Made by a program: the position numbers and the translations under genes. The notes beneath the pieces were generated by a model that saw only the letters and a list, made by a program, of their open reading frames with translations, was not told where the DNA came from and made no database searches. Shown piece after piece: positions 39,937 through 51,830 of a DNA stretch of 64,000 bases; within the stretch, counting starts at the first letter, position 1; every line of letters starts with the position of its first letter. Source of the stretch: Vicugna vicugna (Eukaryota); NCBI GenBank assembly GCA_013265495.1, contig MU058000.1, forward strand, positions 1,674,001-1,738,000, read 5' to 3'.

Positions 39937-40401
39937 TAAATCTTTGTAAAACAATTCCATGTTTCACTGAATAAGTATTGTGACAGAACACAAGATCCTT
40001 AATTTATTTTCTTCCATGTCTTTCAATAGTTGGCATTCATAGCATTTTCACCTGTATACTTAACTGTTTAGCAACTATATCTATGGCAACTTTTCTTAGA
40101 ATTTGTTTCAAAAAACAGAGAAAATATTTTCAGTACGCATCATGCTGTGAAATAAAGCAATCAGATTTCAATGCATTGTGATAGAATCTATTTTTATACC
40201 TACCTGAATTTCTTCTTTAAAAGATACAAAAAATCAAAAAATATCTTTTATTTATTAGTTCTGATTTTTTTGGAATCTTTAGAACTTTGTACATATAAGA
40301 GCATATTATCTGCAAATATAGGTAATTTTACTTCTTTGTTTTTAATTTGGATGTCTTTCATTTATTTTTCTTATGTAATTGCTTGGCTAGAATTTCAAGT
40401 A

Positions 40402-40721
40402 CCGTCACCCCTCTGTATCCACAGCTTCCACATCCACAGATTCAACTAACCATTGATTAAAAATATTCAGAAAAAATTCCAAAAAGCAAAACTTGAATTT
40501 GCCACATACTGGCAACTATTTACATAGCATTTATATTTTATTTACAACTATTTACATAACGTTTACATGGTATTGGCTATAATAAATAATTTAGAAATTA
40601 TTTAAAGTATACAGAAGAATGTGTGTAGGCTACATGCAAATACTATGCCATTTTATAAGAGACTTGAGCATCCCTGGTGGTCGTCCTGGAATAATCACCC
40701 TTGGGTACCAAGGGACAGCTG
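40402..40721 (-). mobile_element. MER2B-like Tigger element nested in L1
   Basis: TIRs ccgtcacccctctgtatcc...ggtaccaagggacagctg. Interrupts the L1 at agta|caatgttgaat. Confidence 0.85.
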
Positions 40722-40956
40722 CACAATGTTGAATAAAAGTGGTTCAAGCAGGTATCTTTTCCTTGTTTCTCATCTTACAGGAAAAGTTTTCAGTCTTTCA
40801 CCATTGAGTATAATGTTTGTAGTGGGTTTTACATACATGGCTTTATTGTGTTGAAATAGTTTCCTTTTGTTCCTAGTTTGTTGAGTGATTTTATCATAAA
40901 AATATGTTGACTTTTGTCAAATGCTTTTTCTAAGTCAATTGAGGTGATCATGGGTA

Positions 40957-40976
40957 TGTGTGTGTGTGTGTGTGTG
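40957..40976. repeat. (TG)n microsatellite
   Basis: Directly visible. Confidence 0.9.
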
Positions 40977-43900
40977 TTTATTTTACTTTATTCTGTTAAT
41001 GTGGTACGCTACATTAATCAATTTTTATATGTTGAAACATCCTTGCATTCCAGGAATAGATCCTATTGGGTCATGGTGTATAACTTTTTAATATACTGTT
41101 GAGTTTGGTTTGCTATTGATTTGTTTAGGCTTCTCCATCAATGTTCATAAGGAATATTAGTCTGTAGTTTTCTTGTGATGTCTGTTGGGCTTCAGTATCA
41201 GGATAGTGAAGATCTCAAGGAATGAGTTAAGAAATGTTTTCTTCATTATTTTGGAAAAGTTCGAGAAAGACTGGTATTAATTCTTTTTTAACTGTTTGGT
41301 AGAATTCACCAGTAAAGCCATCAGGCCCAAAGCTTTTCTTTGTTAGGAGACCTTTTATTACAGATTTAATGTCCATACTAGTTATAACTCTATTTAGATG
41401 TTCTATTTCTTTGTGATTTAGTCTTGGTAGGTTTTGTGTTTCTAGGAATTTGTTCATTTCACCTAAGCTAACCAATTTCTTGGCAAATAATTATTCATAG
41501 TATTCTCATATAATCCTTTTCATTCTGAAGAATGAATACTAATATTCCCACTTTTATTTCTGACTTTAGTAACTGAAGTCTTATCTCTTTTATTCTTAGT
41601 CCATCTAGCTAAGGTTTGTAAATTTGTTGGTTTCAAAGAACCAACTTTTAATTTCATTGATCTGTTCTACTATTTTTTTCTATTCTCTATTTGATTTACC
41701 TCTCTCTAATATTTATTATTTTCTCCCTATTGTCAGCTTTAGGTTAAATTTATTCTTCATTTTTTACTGCCTTAAATTATAAAGCTAGGGTATTTATTAA
41801 GGATCTTTCTTATTTTTTAATGTAAACATCTATAGCTAAAAACTTCCCCTTTAGCACTGCTGTTGCTATGTCTCATAAATTTCTATATATTTTGTTCTTG
41901 TTTTCATTCATCTCTAAGTATTTTCTAATTTCTCTTGTGATTTCTTCTTTGATCCATCAGTTAAAAATGTGTTGTTCAGTTTTCACAATTTCAAGGTTTT
42001 TTTTCCCCAGTTTTCCTTCTTACTTCATCTCACTGTGGTCAGGTATAATAAATTTTTTAAATATATTTTAAATATATTTTTAAAATATATTAAGACTTAA
42101 TTTGTGTCTTAACATATGATCTGTCCTGGAAAGTGTCCCATGAACACTTGAAAAAGATACGTATTTTGTTGTTGGGTAAAGTGTTCCCTCTATGTCTATT
42201 AGATCTAGTTGATGTACTAAGTTGTTCAAGTCTTCTATTTCCTTATTTATCTTCAGTCTGGTTCTTCTATCCAGAAGAATGGAAATTTTTATATTCCATA
42301 GATGGAGACCTTAATTCTTCACTCTCAATAAATAATTAAAGTCCTCATCTATGTTTGTAGAGTTGTCTATTTCTTCCTTCAATTCTATCAATGTTTGTTT
42401 CATATATTTTGATGGTCTATTATTAGAAGCATCCCTTAATTATTTTTTTAAATTTGAAAAATAATTTAAGTATGATTAAAAACTAGTATTTTAATTTAAA
42501 AGCCAATTACAATTTACATAAATATAATTAACTCAGTCTCTCTGCATAAATTATTCATAAAACACTTGACATTGTTATATCAATGTGCAAGAAAACTTAT
42601 TCAATTGTATTAATCCATTAACACTGACTAGATCCTTAAGGTGTTTATGTGCAAGACTGTATATGACACAAGTGCCCTAATTCACACACACTACCACAGT
42701 GGTGCCCTTTGTGATGCAATGGTTAAAGTGAAATGTAAACTCATCATAATAATAAAGCTGTGTCTAACACACAATGTATTTTGTAATGTTTCAATTTTTA
42801 AATAAAATTCAAATAAAATGAAATAAAAAATTTAGTTCCTTGAGTATATAAGCCACAGTTTATGTTTGCAACAGACATATGTTTATTGGCTACCATACTG
42901 GACTGTGTAACTTTAGATCAATTAACATTAAGGGGTGCTTACATTTTTACATATGAAGTTGAAGTTGAGAAAACTTCTCAGTTGAAATTTCAGTCTTTAG
43001 GTCTTGGGGTGGTTCATGCAGAAGGAGCATAATCACATCCTTGATGACTCTTGACGGCAAATCTACAAATCTTCATGATTGCATTTGTTTTGGAGGTTAA
43101 GATCAAAGGTTCTGAAGGCTTAGTGTGACTCTGGATCACGAGTTTGTCCTATCACAGGACAAGGATTAAAAATATCTATTGTTTGGCAAGCACTCAATAA
43201 AGGACAGACATTGTTGCAAGTATTATTATTGTCTGTACTACTTCTGAAATACCTTGATGATTCACTCATGAAATCATTTTAATGCAAAGTTTAATGTCTT
43301 GACTTAAAGCAAAGTATCATATAGATGCATTAGCACTATTCACTTGTTTTTCACCACAAATCTGTATTTCTAATTTGTATAACTTCTCTTATTTTTCTAT
43401 TCACTTCGTATTTTTCTGATTTTTTTTTGTTGTTGTTGTCAAGCACAAACCTTCTTAAGGTGCCTAGTTAAACTAAGTGTTCATTCTGATTCTTTTGTGA
43501 ATAATTGTTTTTGAAACAATTAACCTGGGAAGGCTAGACAAATGAAGTTTTGGATGGATAAACATAAACAGGAGGAGGCAAATGGATTTTAAAAAAAAAG
43601 CTCTAAGTTTCTCTTTGGGAACATTTTTACTGGAAAAGACAAATTCTGGGACTTACATGATTAATAGATATAATTAGTTTACAAAGGCTGGAAATCAGGG
43701 TTATCTAATGGCCAGTTCACTCAATAGTGGAGTGCTGGACAGAATCAATACAATAATGATCGTTCTTTCCTCAAGTGAGAGAGGCGTGAGGCGCAGTGAA
43801 TGTGTGTAGATGTGTGGTGGTGAGGGCAGTGGTGAGCTGGGATGGGTCCAGAGCAGAACAAAGGCAGGCAACACTTGTAGGCCACCATCTGCTGAATTTC

Positions 43901-45029
43901 CAAGGATTTAAAATACTGGACAGAAGACATTGGACTTATCTCCTTTGAGTCTAATTGCTGTAGAGGATAGTAAAAGGTTAACAAATTAAAGATAATGAAA
44001 GCACATGTCCCTTGGAAAATGGGTAGGAAAAATGAGCATTGACTTTCTATTGTTGCTAGGCCAGTAGATAACCTCTGTAAATTTAAGAAGGGATATTTGT
44101 TAACTAAAATAATTAACCTTCACTATCTCTAGCAAAGCTTCAAACCAATTTGTAATTTAGTACAATTACTACAAAAAGATAGGAATTACAAAAAATATGC
44201 TTTTCTGAAATGTTAGATGTTTCTAGAATGAAGAAATATATGCATTACATTCTTTTTGACTCTTCTGGTGAAGTTGGGCAAATTACTTAAATTTCTTAGT
44301 CCTCAGTATTCTTATTTATTTAGTATACTTAATGAGATTTATTAGACATGATATATAAGTCATAAAGCAAAGAAACAGGTGGAGAATAGAGCACAAAAGT
44401 ATTTGTTTTGGAATATATATTATTATAATGATTTTTAGATAAAATGGTTAATTCAAATATGGAATTATAGTGAATCATTGTAGAATACAATATATAAATA
44501 TGTAGAGATAGATGAAAGATCGATACAGGCACAGGGTAGTGTATAGTATATTATCACATACTTATTGGAGTGATCTCTTTTACTATTAAATATAATTAAG
44601 ACAAAAGTGATTTCTCTAGGAAGATGAATATAGTGGCAGGATCATTAGCCATTCATCTGAAATCTTGATTTCTGCTTTTTATTTGTTGCTTTTTGAATGT
44701 AGGTAAGTAATTTGCCTTCAGTAAGTGTTTCTTCTCTGGAAAAGGTAGCAGAACTAATAACCCTTTCTGGTCTTCCGAGAAGAGTTATTTAGAAGTTTAA
44801 ATAGAAAGAGAGATGGAAAGTATTTATGTCTATGTAAAATTTTCCAGTCCTCAAATATTTTTATTAATAGGAAAATATTACCAAGTGTGGGAGAGAGGGC
44901 AAAGTAGGTCACTATGATAAAGTAATTAACAAAGAAATTAAAGAAATTTAAAGGAAATGTACTATCTAGCTTGCAAAAATGGATGGGTGATGCTTTCAAT
45001 TTCCTTAGACCCTATCTGGTATAGCTCAC

Positions 45030-45200
45030 AACAAATAGTGGACAGGAATCAAAGTGGTCCCAGACTTAAACACCAGTTCTGCCACTAATGGTCTGGTGGG
45101 TATAATACCTAGCTTATGGGGTTGTATTAATAGTAAAAGAAAATGTGTTTCTAAAACACTTAACGTAGTGGCCGATACATAAACTCTTAATATTTCTAAC
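45030..45200 (+). mobile_element. MIR SINE
   Basis: cagttctgccactaa..taatacctagcttatggggttgtatt..taaaacacttaacgtagtg. Confidence 0.65.
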
Positions 45201-46849
45201 TAATAAAAATTAATTATGGAGTAACCCCTCACACACATTAAAAAAAACATAAATCTAGGGATTCACCATGCTCTGGTCAATAAAAACGTAGCAGTTCAGA
45301 GCTATGCAGATCATATGCAATATCTGTCCCAGTGATTCAGTACGGCAATACAGTCAATGCAACTATAATAAATTACAACCAGATTCATCGTGCCTATGAA
45401 AGTAAATACAGCAGCCAGCAATAATGACAAATATGAATCACACTTTTTGAGTCCGCCTCTGAATTGAAATTGCTTGGCCAGGTATCACCTCATGAATTCT
45501 CTTACCCTCAAGATAAATAAACCAGTTTTATAATCTTAAGAACACTGGATTATATTTCAGAGAATAATCAGAATTACTGATAGAAAAGAACGTACTTGCA
45601 ATCTCCCTTATTCCATAAGCCTTTACATTTCAGTGCAAAGCCAAGGCCTTTTTAGAGGCTGAGTTCTATTTATGGCTTGATTTTTTAAAAAAATTTCTCC
45701 ATTAAAGGAGAAAAGATTGAAATGCCTCATAAAAGGACACTTGGACATCAAATGGCTCTCACATGAATGTATTTTGATGACTTTAGTATGAATTAATCAC
45801 AGACATAGAGGTAAAAATTCCCGTGAAATACATATTCGTTTTTTAAATTTAGAAGATAATGTGCTTAGAACAAATTGCCTTTGGAGAAAGAAACTATAAA
45901 ATTCAAAATATTTTCAAGCAGGGTCTTGCACCAAATCTAACGAAAAAACAGGAAACATTCTCCAAAAGCAAACTCCAATACTGTTGAGATTTGTCTCTTA
46001 ATAAGGTTCCTTTGGATTTCCTTTGGAGATTTTTTTCCCCCTGAGTTTTCTGGCAATAATAATGAAGAGGAAGAGGAGGCTAAGGAGGTGGAGGAGGGTG
46101 GTGATATCGGTAGTGACGATGATAATATGAACATAGCCCCATTTTCACACGGATGAGCCCATAGTAAGTCTTTTCACCTCATCAGTTTTAAAAAGTTTTG
46201 CAACTTTTCTCCACAAATAGATCACGTCTTTGTTGACTAATTTCATGCTGTTTTTTGAAAATACTCCATCTGCAGACTCATAATTAAAAGCTCCTTGTGT
46301 CTTATCTTAAATATATATTTACTTATAGGAACAACTATTTTTAATATCTCATTTACTAAGAAGAGGATGTCAACACTTCTCCACCCTACATTATGTTTTT
46401 ATTTCCAGATAAGCAACTGATTTGTACGCATTGTTCAACATTATCTCTGCATTTTGAGATGCAATATTACCAGATAGTCATGCCAAGAATTTGGGTGGCA
46501 GGGGATAGGAAACACATGGGAAATAAAGCATTAAGAAGATACAGGACCTATTGTGTTTCTCCATCTGTGGGAATCTCACTCAGCTGAAAGCATAGTGTAG
46601 ATTTTACTAGACTCGTTATCAATGCATGTTCTTTTTCTAGACCCTTCTGTCAAAATCTATTGTTTTCTTACCCTTCTCTCTTTTTTATTTTCCTCCCTCT
46701 TACGTAAAATTGCTGCTGGCTTTACAAGATTATCAGTTCCAGGAATAGATGCCTTTTAGCATTTCACCAGGTAATGAAACCTATATTAAAATGATCCGGG
46801 AAATAAAACATCAGCAGTCGGTATGGCATTTGCTGGGGAGGCTCATGAG

Positions 46850-47045
46850 CTGAAATCCCTTCAGAGTCAGAGTTTAGAGGAAAGCTGATCTATACAGATC
46901 TGAATAGGATTCCTGCCTCAGAAGTTGATATCCACGCATGTAACGTAGGAAGTTATTTCACTCGATAACTCAGTGATGAGTAGCAGTGCAAGTGAAAATA
47001 CCTAACCAAGTCCTGGAAGATGGTAGGTGCTCAGTAAATTGTATC
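46850..47045 (+). mobile_element. MIR SINE
   Basis: agatctgaataggattcctgcctc..gtcctggaagatggtaggtgctcagtaaat. Confidence 0.55.
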
Positions 47046-47569
47046 AGTTCTTCCCAATACACTGAGCCTGGGAGGCAGTTTGCAGGCACTTGACTGCTGT
47101 TCAGTTCGATAGCCAGAATGACCTCAGACATTCCTTTTCGCCCCAACAGATGAATAATAGAGTGGTTGGAAAGAGCCTAGAGATAAGTATTTTTCACTGT
47201 AAATAATTTGTACTTATAAATCTTGTCTTCTTTTTTTGACTAATATACTCTATTTCACTTCATTGTTGTAGGCAAATTGCTCCTTCTGTTTGGAAGTGTT
47301 TTTCTTTATCCTTAGAGTTAAAAACTTGTCAGGACTCTTGAACTCCATAGTTCTCCTTCTGGAATGCCTATTCAAGATACTAAGTTTCCTAGATAGATCC
47401 AAGATATATCACCTTCCTCATGATTTTTATCTATTTACATTTAAGTTGACCACGTTTTCCTCTATGCATTCACTGAAGTGAAATCATGTTTTAAACTCTA
47501 GAAAGAGGTATTGGGGTGGGGGGGAGAGGGCTATATTTGCACCTATAATATAAAATATAATCATCTTAT

Positions 47570-48175
47570 TCGTTTTTCTTCTTAACTTACTGGAGTATCG
47601 TGTATATAAATTGCATAATCTTATATGAACCACAAAATTAATTTTACATATATATCCAAATTCCAGTTAATACACAGATTATCATATGGAACCCTCATCC
47701 CAGAAACCTCTTTGTACCCACACACAGTCAACACCTCCCTTCAAAACTCCCTTTCTGACGTCAGCCACCAGTGAGTGGTTTTACGTGTTTTTGAATTTCC
47801 TATCAAGGGATCATATAGAAGGTAGACTTTTATGTCTGATTTACAGGCATAAATTTACAAGATTCATCCATGTTGTTCTGTATAATAATTTATCACTGCT
47901 GTGTATCATTCCATTGTATAAATAAGCTATATATCAATAAAACATTTATTCTACTGGTGATGAACAGCTACATTCCTTCAGGTTTTTGGCAAGCTGCTGT
48001 GAATATTTTGTACATGTTTTGTGGAACACATGTATACTTATTACTATTGGAATTCTGGAGTGAAATTACTGGACCATTGAAAATGAACATTTTCACCTTA
48101 GGAAGATACTTCCAAACAGTTTCCTATGGTTATTTACTGATTTTCATCTTGACTAGCAGTGTATAAAATTGACAA
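47570..48175 (-). mobile_element. Old L1ME-like 3' fragment
   Basis: agattcatccatgttgtt..cattccattgtataaat..gctgctgtgaatatt..tggagtgaaattactgga. Confidence 0.75.
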
Positions 48176-49619
48176 TTTAACTACTAAATATTCTCATTAT
48201 TTGTAATTCAGCTTTAATTTGTCTTTTACAAAAGTTCTAGTTAATCCAATGTATTTTCTATCTTTTCTGAGTAATCTTTTCTTTTTCTGTTGAACCTCTC
48301 TAATGGATTTTTATCATTAGTTGTCCACATAGTAGGATGGGGGCCTTTAATTTCAAGTTTCCTGAGCGGCAGCAATCCAAGGGGAAGTTGGAAAAGGAAG
48401 TGTTCTCTTAAACAGGTCACATAACTTAGCAAAAATATCTGGAAAGTTCATGCCTACTTACTCCCATGCCTATTTATACTCTTGTCTTAGGGACACAGAA
48501 GACAGTCTATATCAAATTCGTTTTTGACTCAGGCAGACTGAGGAAACTTACACAGGGACAGTGTCAACCTATCCCGTGGGATCAAATGCACACTAAATTC
48601 TTCTCATCACCAGGTGATATTTTCAAGTCCTCTTTATGAGGCTATAATTGTATAATCCAAGGACCACCCATTTCCAGAAGGGATAGAGCCACACACTAGT
48701 CTTTCCACTTAACTCTTGTCTTGTCTCCTAGGGTAACATGTAATTGCGATTTTCAGCAAGCTGGTTATCCTGGCAAACTTGCTTCCTCTTTCTAACACAT
48801 TTTCTGTTCTGTATTTCTTTCAAATAGCCTGAACATTTCACTGTTATTTCTTCATTCAATGCTAAGGGGAAAAGTAATATGTCTTAAGTTTGTTAATTCG
48901 TTTATGTTCGTTCCCATTGAAATGAGTTGCTCTTTTTGGAGACAAATGATGAACTGGTGTGTTATTGAAAAAGAGATATTCCATGGTGTACCTTGTACCG
49001 GTTTAACTTCCCACACAATGGGAAGCAGAAGCATTTATAAGATCAAGTATATTTGAACAGAGAAAGATGTCAGTTGTTAAGTACAAAAGATAATATTTGC
49101 TTGGTATCAGCCTAGGCTGTCTTGCTAGTGGCTGACTTTTTAATATTGTATTGGAAACAAAATATAGTCAAATGTTGATCTCTGGAGCCACCTCAGGTTT
49201 TTACAGCTTTCTGAAACCTATCATAAAATGTAGACTTGCATTTTTCCCTTGATGTATATTTTGTAGCTCAGTTTATGGATGGTTTGCAAATCATCATATA
49301 TATGTGTAGAAATATGGATGAATTATAAGCACACATATTCCTTCTTCCACTATATAATTCTGAAAATAATTTAACCTAAACTCTTTACATGAGTTTGAGA
49401 TTATTTTTACTTATAATCATTTTTGGTCTAGAATATTAATTCAAGATGTTCTCTATCCTAGCCTTCTGCCAAGTATAAAAAGTTCTAAATCATAAGCACA
49501 TAAACTTGAAGCTATCCCAAATAATAATTTATTGATCCACGCTCAAAAAAAATCTATTTCAGAGCTCTGGAAATAGGAAATAAATATGTCAAACAATAGA
49601 TTCTCAAAGGAGAATAAAA

Positions 49620-50580
49620 GTCTAGATGCCACTTAAACGTAACCACCATCTCATTTCTTGAATGTCCTCTCTAATCTCAATCAGAGGTTGAATATTTCCA
49701 GAGCGCTTTTCAAAAATTCCCTGTGCTGAAGTAAAAGCCTTCAATAAATAGTTGTCCTGATTCTACTTGCACCTTCAGGATCAAATAGCACATATTTAAA
49801 CTTTCAGTTACAATGGTACAAATATTGAAATATTGTAAGGGTCACTCTCCAGTCTTCTCTGTAATTTTCCTTCCAGGTTTAAACCCCTAGTTCCTTCACC
49901 TGCTCCTCAAACGCTGGGTTTTGAATCCTGTCCCAGTTGCCATCACTATCTTCTCTACACATTCTCATTGGTGGCAAAGATAAATATTGCCAGTGTAGTT
50001 CTGAACTGTTCACAGGAACAAAGTGCCTTCATTCTTGATACTAGACACTCATTGAAGCAGTCCAAATTTGCCTTAACATTTTAAGCAAATAAAAAAATCT
50101 ATATATAAAATATTGTTCACTTTTGTGAAGCTTATCATTATAAATTCTAAGACTTTTTTACATGTAGTTATTGAGCCATGTTTCTGCCATTTTAAGTTGG
50201 GAAGTTTGATTGTGGTGTGTTAAGGACAGCGTAGCAGATGGCAGTAAAGGGTGGGCTGAAATAGGCTAAAAAAATACTATATTTAATACTGCTTATCTTT
50301 TATTCAGTCCTTTTTTTTTTTACACTGTTAAAGTTTTTTTTTTTGAATTCTGATAATTTATTCCAGTTTTTTGGCATTAAAAATTTTGGTCAGTATTTTA
50401 GCAGTACCCTTATCTAAATCTTTGAACTTTTTTCAAGAGAGCATAGTTTTAAATAGAGTCATATACAATTTGATCCACAGTCTATGCTCTTTCCATAAAA
50501 CCCTTTATTCAATTATAAATCCATCCAGATGGAACTAGTTCTCCATCTTATCTGCATTGATAGCAGGATTTCTTAAGATG
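49620..50580 (-). mobile_element. L3/CR1 LINE fragment
   Basis: cttccaggtttaaacccctagttccttca..ctagacactcattgaagcagtccaaatttgccttaacatttt resembles antisense L3. Confidence 0.6.
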
Positions 50581-51350
50581 TTATATAGCTCTGAGGATGT
50601 CTCTTGGGTAATTTTTTAAATACATTATCTATGAGATAGTTGAAAACTGGTGATTTTAAAACACAGGATACTACTTCTGTCCTCAGGAAATTTACCATTT
50701 TAAGCGAGAAGTTAGAAGTCAGAAATAACTATTTAAACACACTTTTTTGAAGGAAGCTATGAAAGTTAGTTAACCCTGATTGAGGATTTCTGGGGAGTGA
50801 GTTGATTAAAAGAAAATGAGCAACATGTAGAATAAATTCCTTGAAGGTGTAGAATTTGGGGAAGAGAAAAAGAAAGGTATCGAAAGAGAAATTTTAAAGT
50901 CTTCTTTAAAAAAAAATGATTTAATCCAACTGCCATAATTCCTCTAAGTATTCAATCAAGAATTGGATAACCTTTCAGTGATTTTGTTTCTTTGTTTTTG
51001 TTGTGGCTTTTTTGATGTCTCAGTGTGCTGAAGCTAGTCTCAAAATGAATGCCCTGTTGCCCTTAAATGGAAATCTTTCCATGGCCATATTCCAGAATAA
51101 ATTCCCTTTTATTTTGAGCTATCTATGCATCCATATCTTTATATCTCTTCCCAAATACCAATAATCCAATGAAGAAAGTAACTTACTTTGGCTTCAATCT
51201 AGAACTTCATAGTTCCTAAGGACATCTTCTGGGCTCTGGAAGGGTCAACACGAAGCTCAACAATGGCAAGTAGGTTGTAAAGTTGATAAGTTCAGGCAGG
51301 GTTTTGTGACATTCTGCGTAAAATGTCTCAAAAGACTTTCTCGTTTGCAA

Positions 51351-51433
51351 TGGCCAAGTCAGGGACTATCTTCATAAATCTTTTCAGTGATGGCCAGGTC
51401 AGGGACTATCATCTTCATAAATCTTTTCAGTGA
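51351..51433. repeat. Tandem duplication, 40 + 43 bp
   Basis: tggcca[a/g]gtcagggactatc(atc)ttcataaatcttttcagtga x2. Confidence 0.95.
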
Positions 51434-51649
51434 GCTAGACACTAATATAACTCATTCCTTTTTTTCAGGCTTGAGAGCACTAATAATTAAAGATATTCTT
51501 AATTAGTCCTTTTGACACTGAAAAGATTGCAAGGGAGAAGGGAAGTCACCAGTATTTTGGAACTTCATATTTCAACAAAATGATATTGTGTAGAATATCA
51601 TATGTACAATGAATAGTGCAAAACTATTCACTGGAGCCTTTGAAACTAC

Positions 51650-51830
51650 AATATTTCAGCACTTATTTCATGTTCTAGGCATTCTTTTCAACATTTTGCC
51701 TCTCTCTATTCACTTTATTCCTCAAAATAACCCCATAAAGTAGCTATTATTTTCCCCATCTTATAGAAAAATTGAGGTTAATGGAGTTTATTAAACAAGA
51801 TTTCTTGATTCAAGTCTTATAGCTATTAAG
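51650..51830 (-). mobile_element. MIR SINE
   Basis: ttcctcaaaataaccccataaagtagctattattttccccatcttatag..aaattgagg. Confidence 0.75.

Larger units (their letters stand above)
40245..42435 (-). mobile_element. L1M ORF2 fragment nested in the Charlie element
   Basis: ORF 41227-41475 gives EMNKFLETQNLPRLNHKEIEHLNRVIT..GPDGFTGEFYQT, which is L1 ORF2p. Confidence 0.93.
38513..42910. mobile_element. Charlie5/MER33-type hAT DNA transposon remnant with nested insertions
   Basis: Left end cagaactgtccaatggaaat..ttttctagtagccacattaaaaagtaaaa; right end ggctaccatactggactgtg. These are MER33-like termini around a long AT-rich interior. Confidence 0.75.

Noticed and set aside
41227..41475. Reverse-transcriptase-related ORF as an active element or novel RT system
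   Set aside because: Short decayed L1 ORF2 fragment with stops and frameshifts around it
45937..46134. Ser-rich 65-aa ORF
   Set aside because: Arises from a (GAG)n-like low-complexity stretch, with no convincing donor
47513..47530. G-quadruplex-like G run
   Set aside because: Isolated short G tract with no supporting context
51180..51320. Minus-strand exon candidate with gtaagt donor
   Set aside because: All three frames contain stops
51351..51433. CRISPR-like repeat
   Set aside because: Two adjacent copies with no spacer, in eukaryotic DNA
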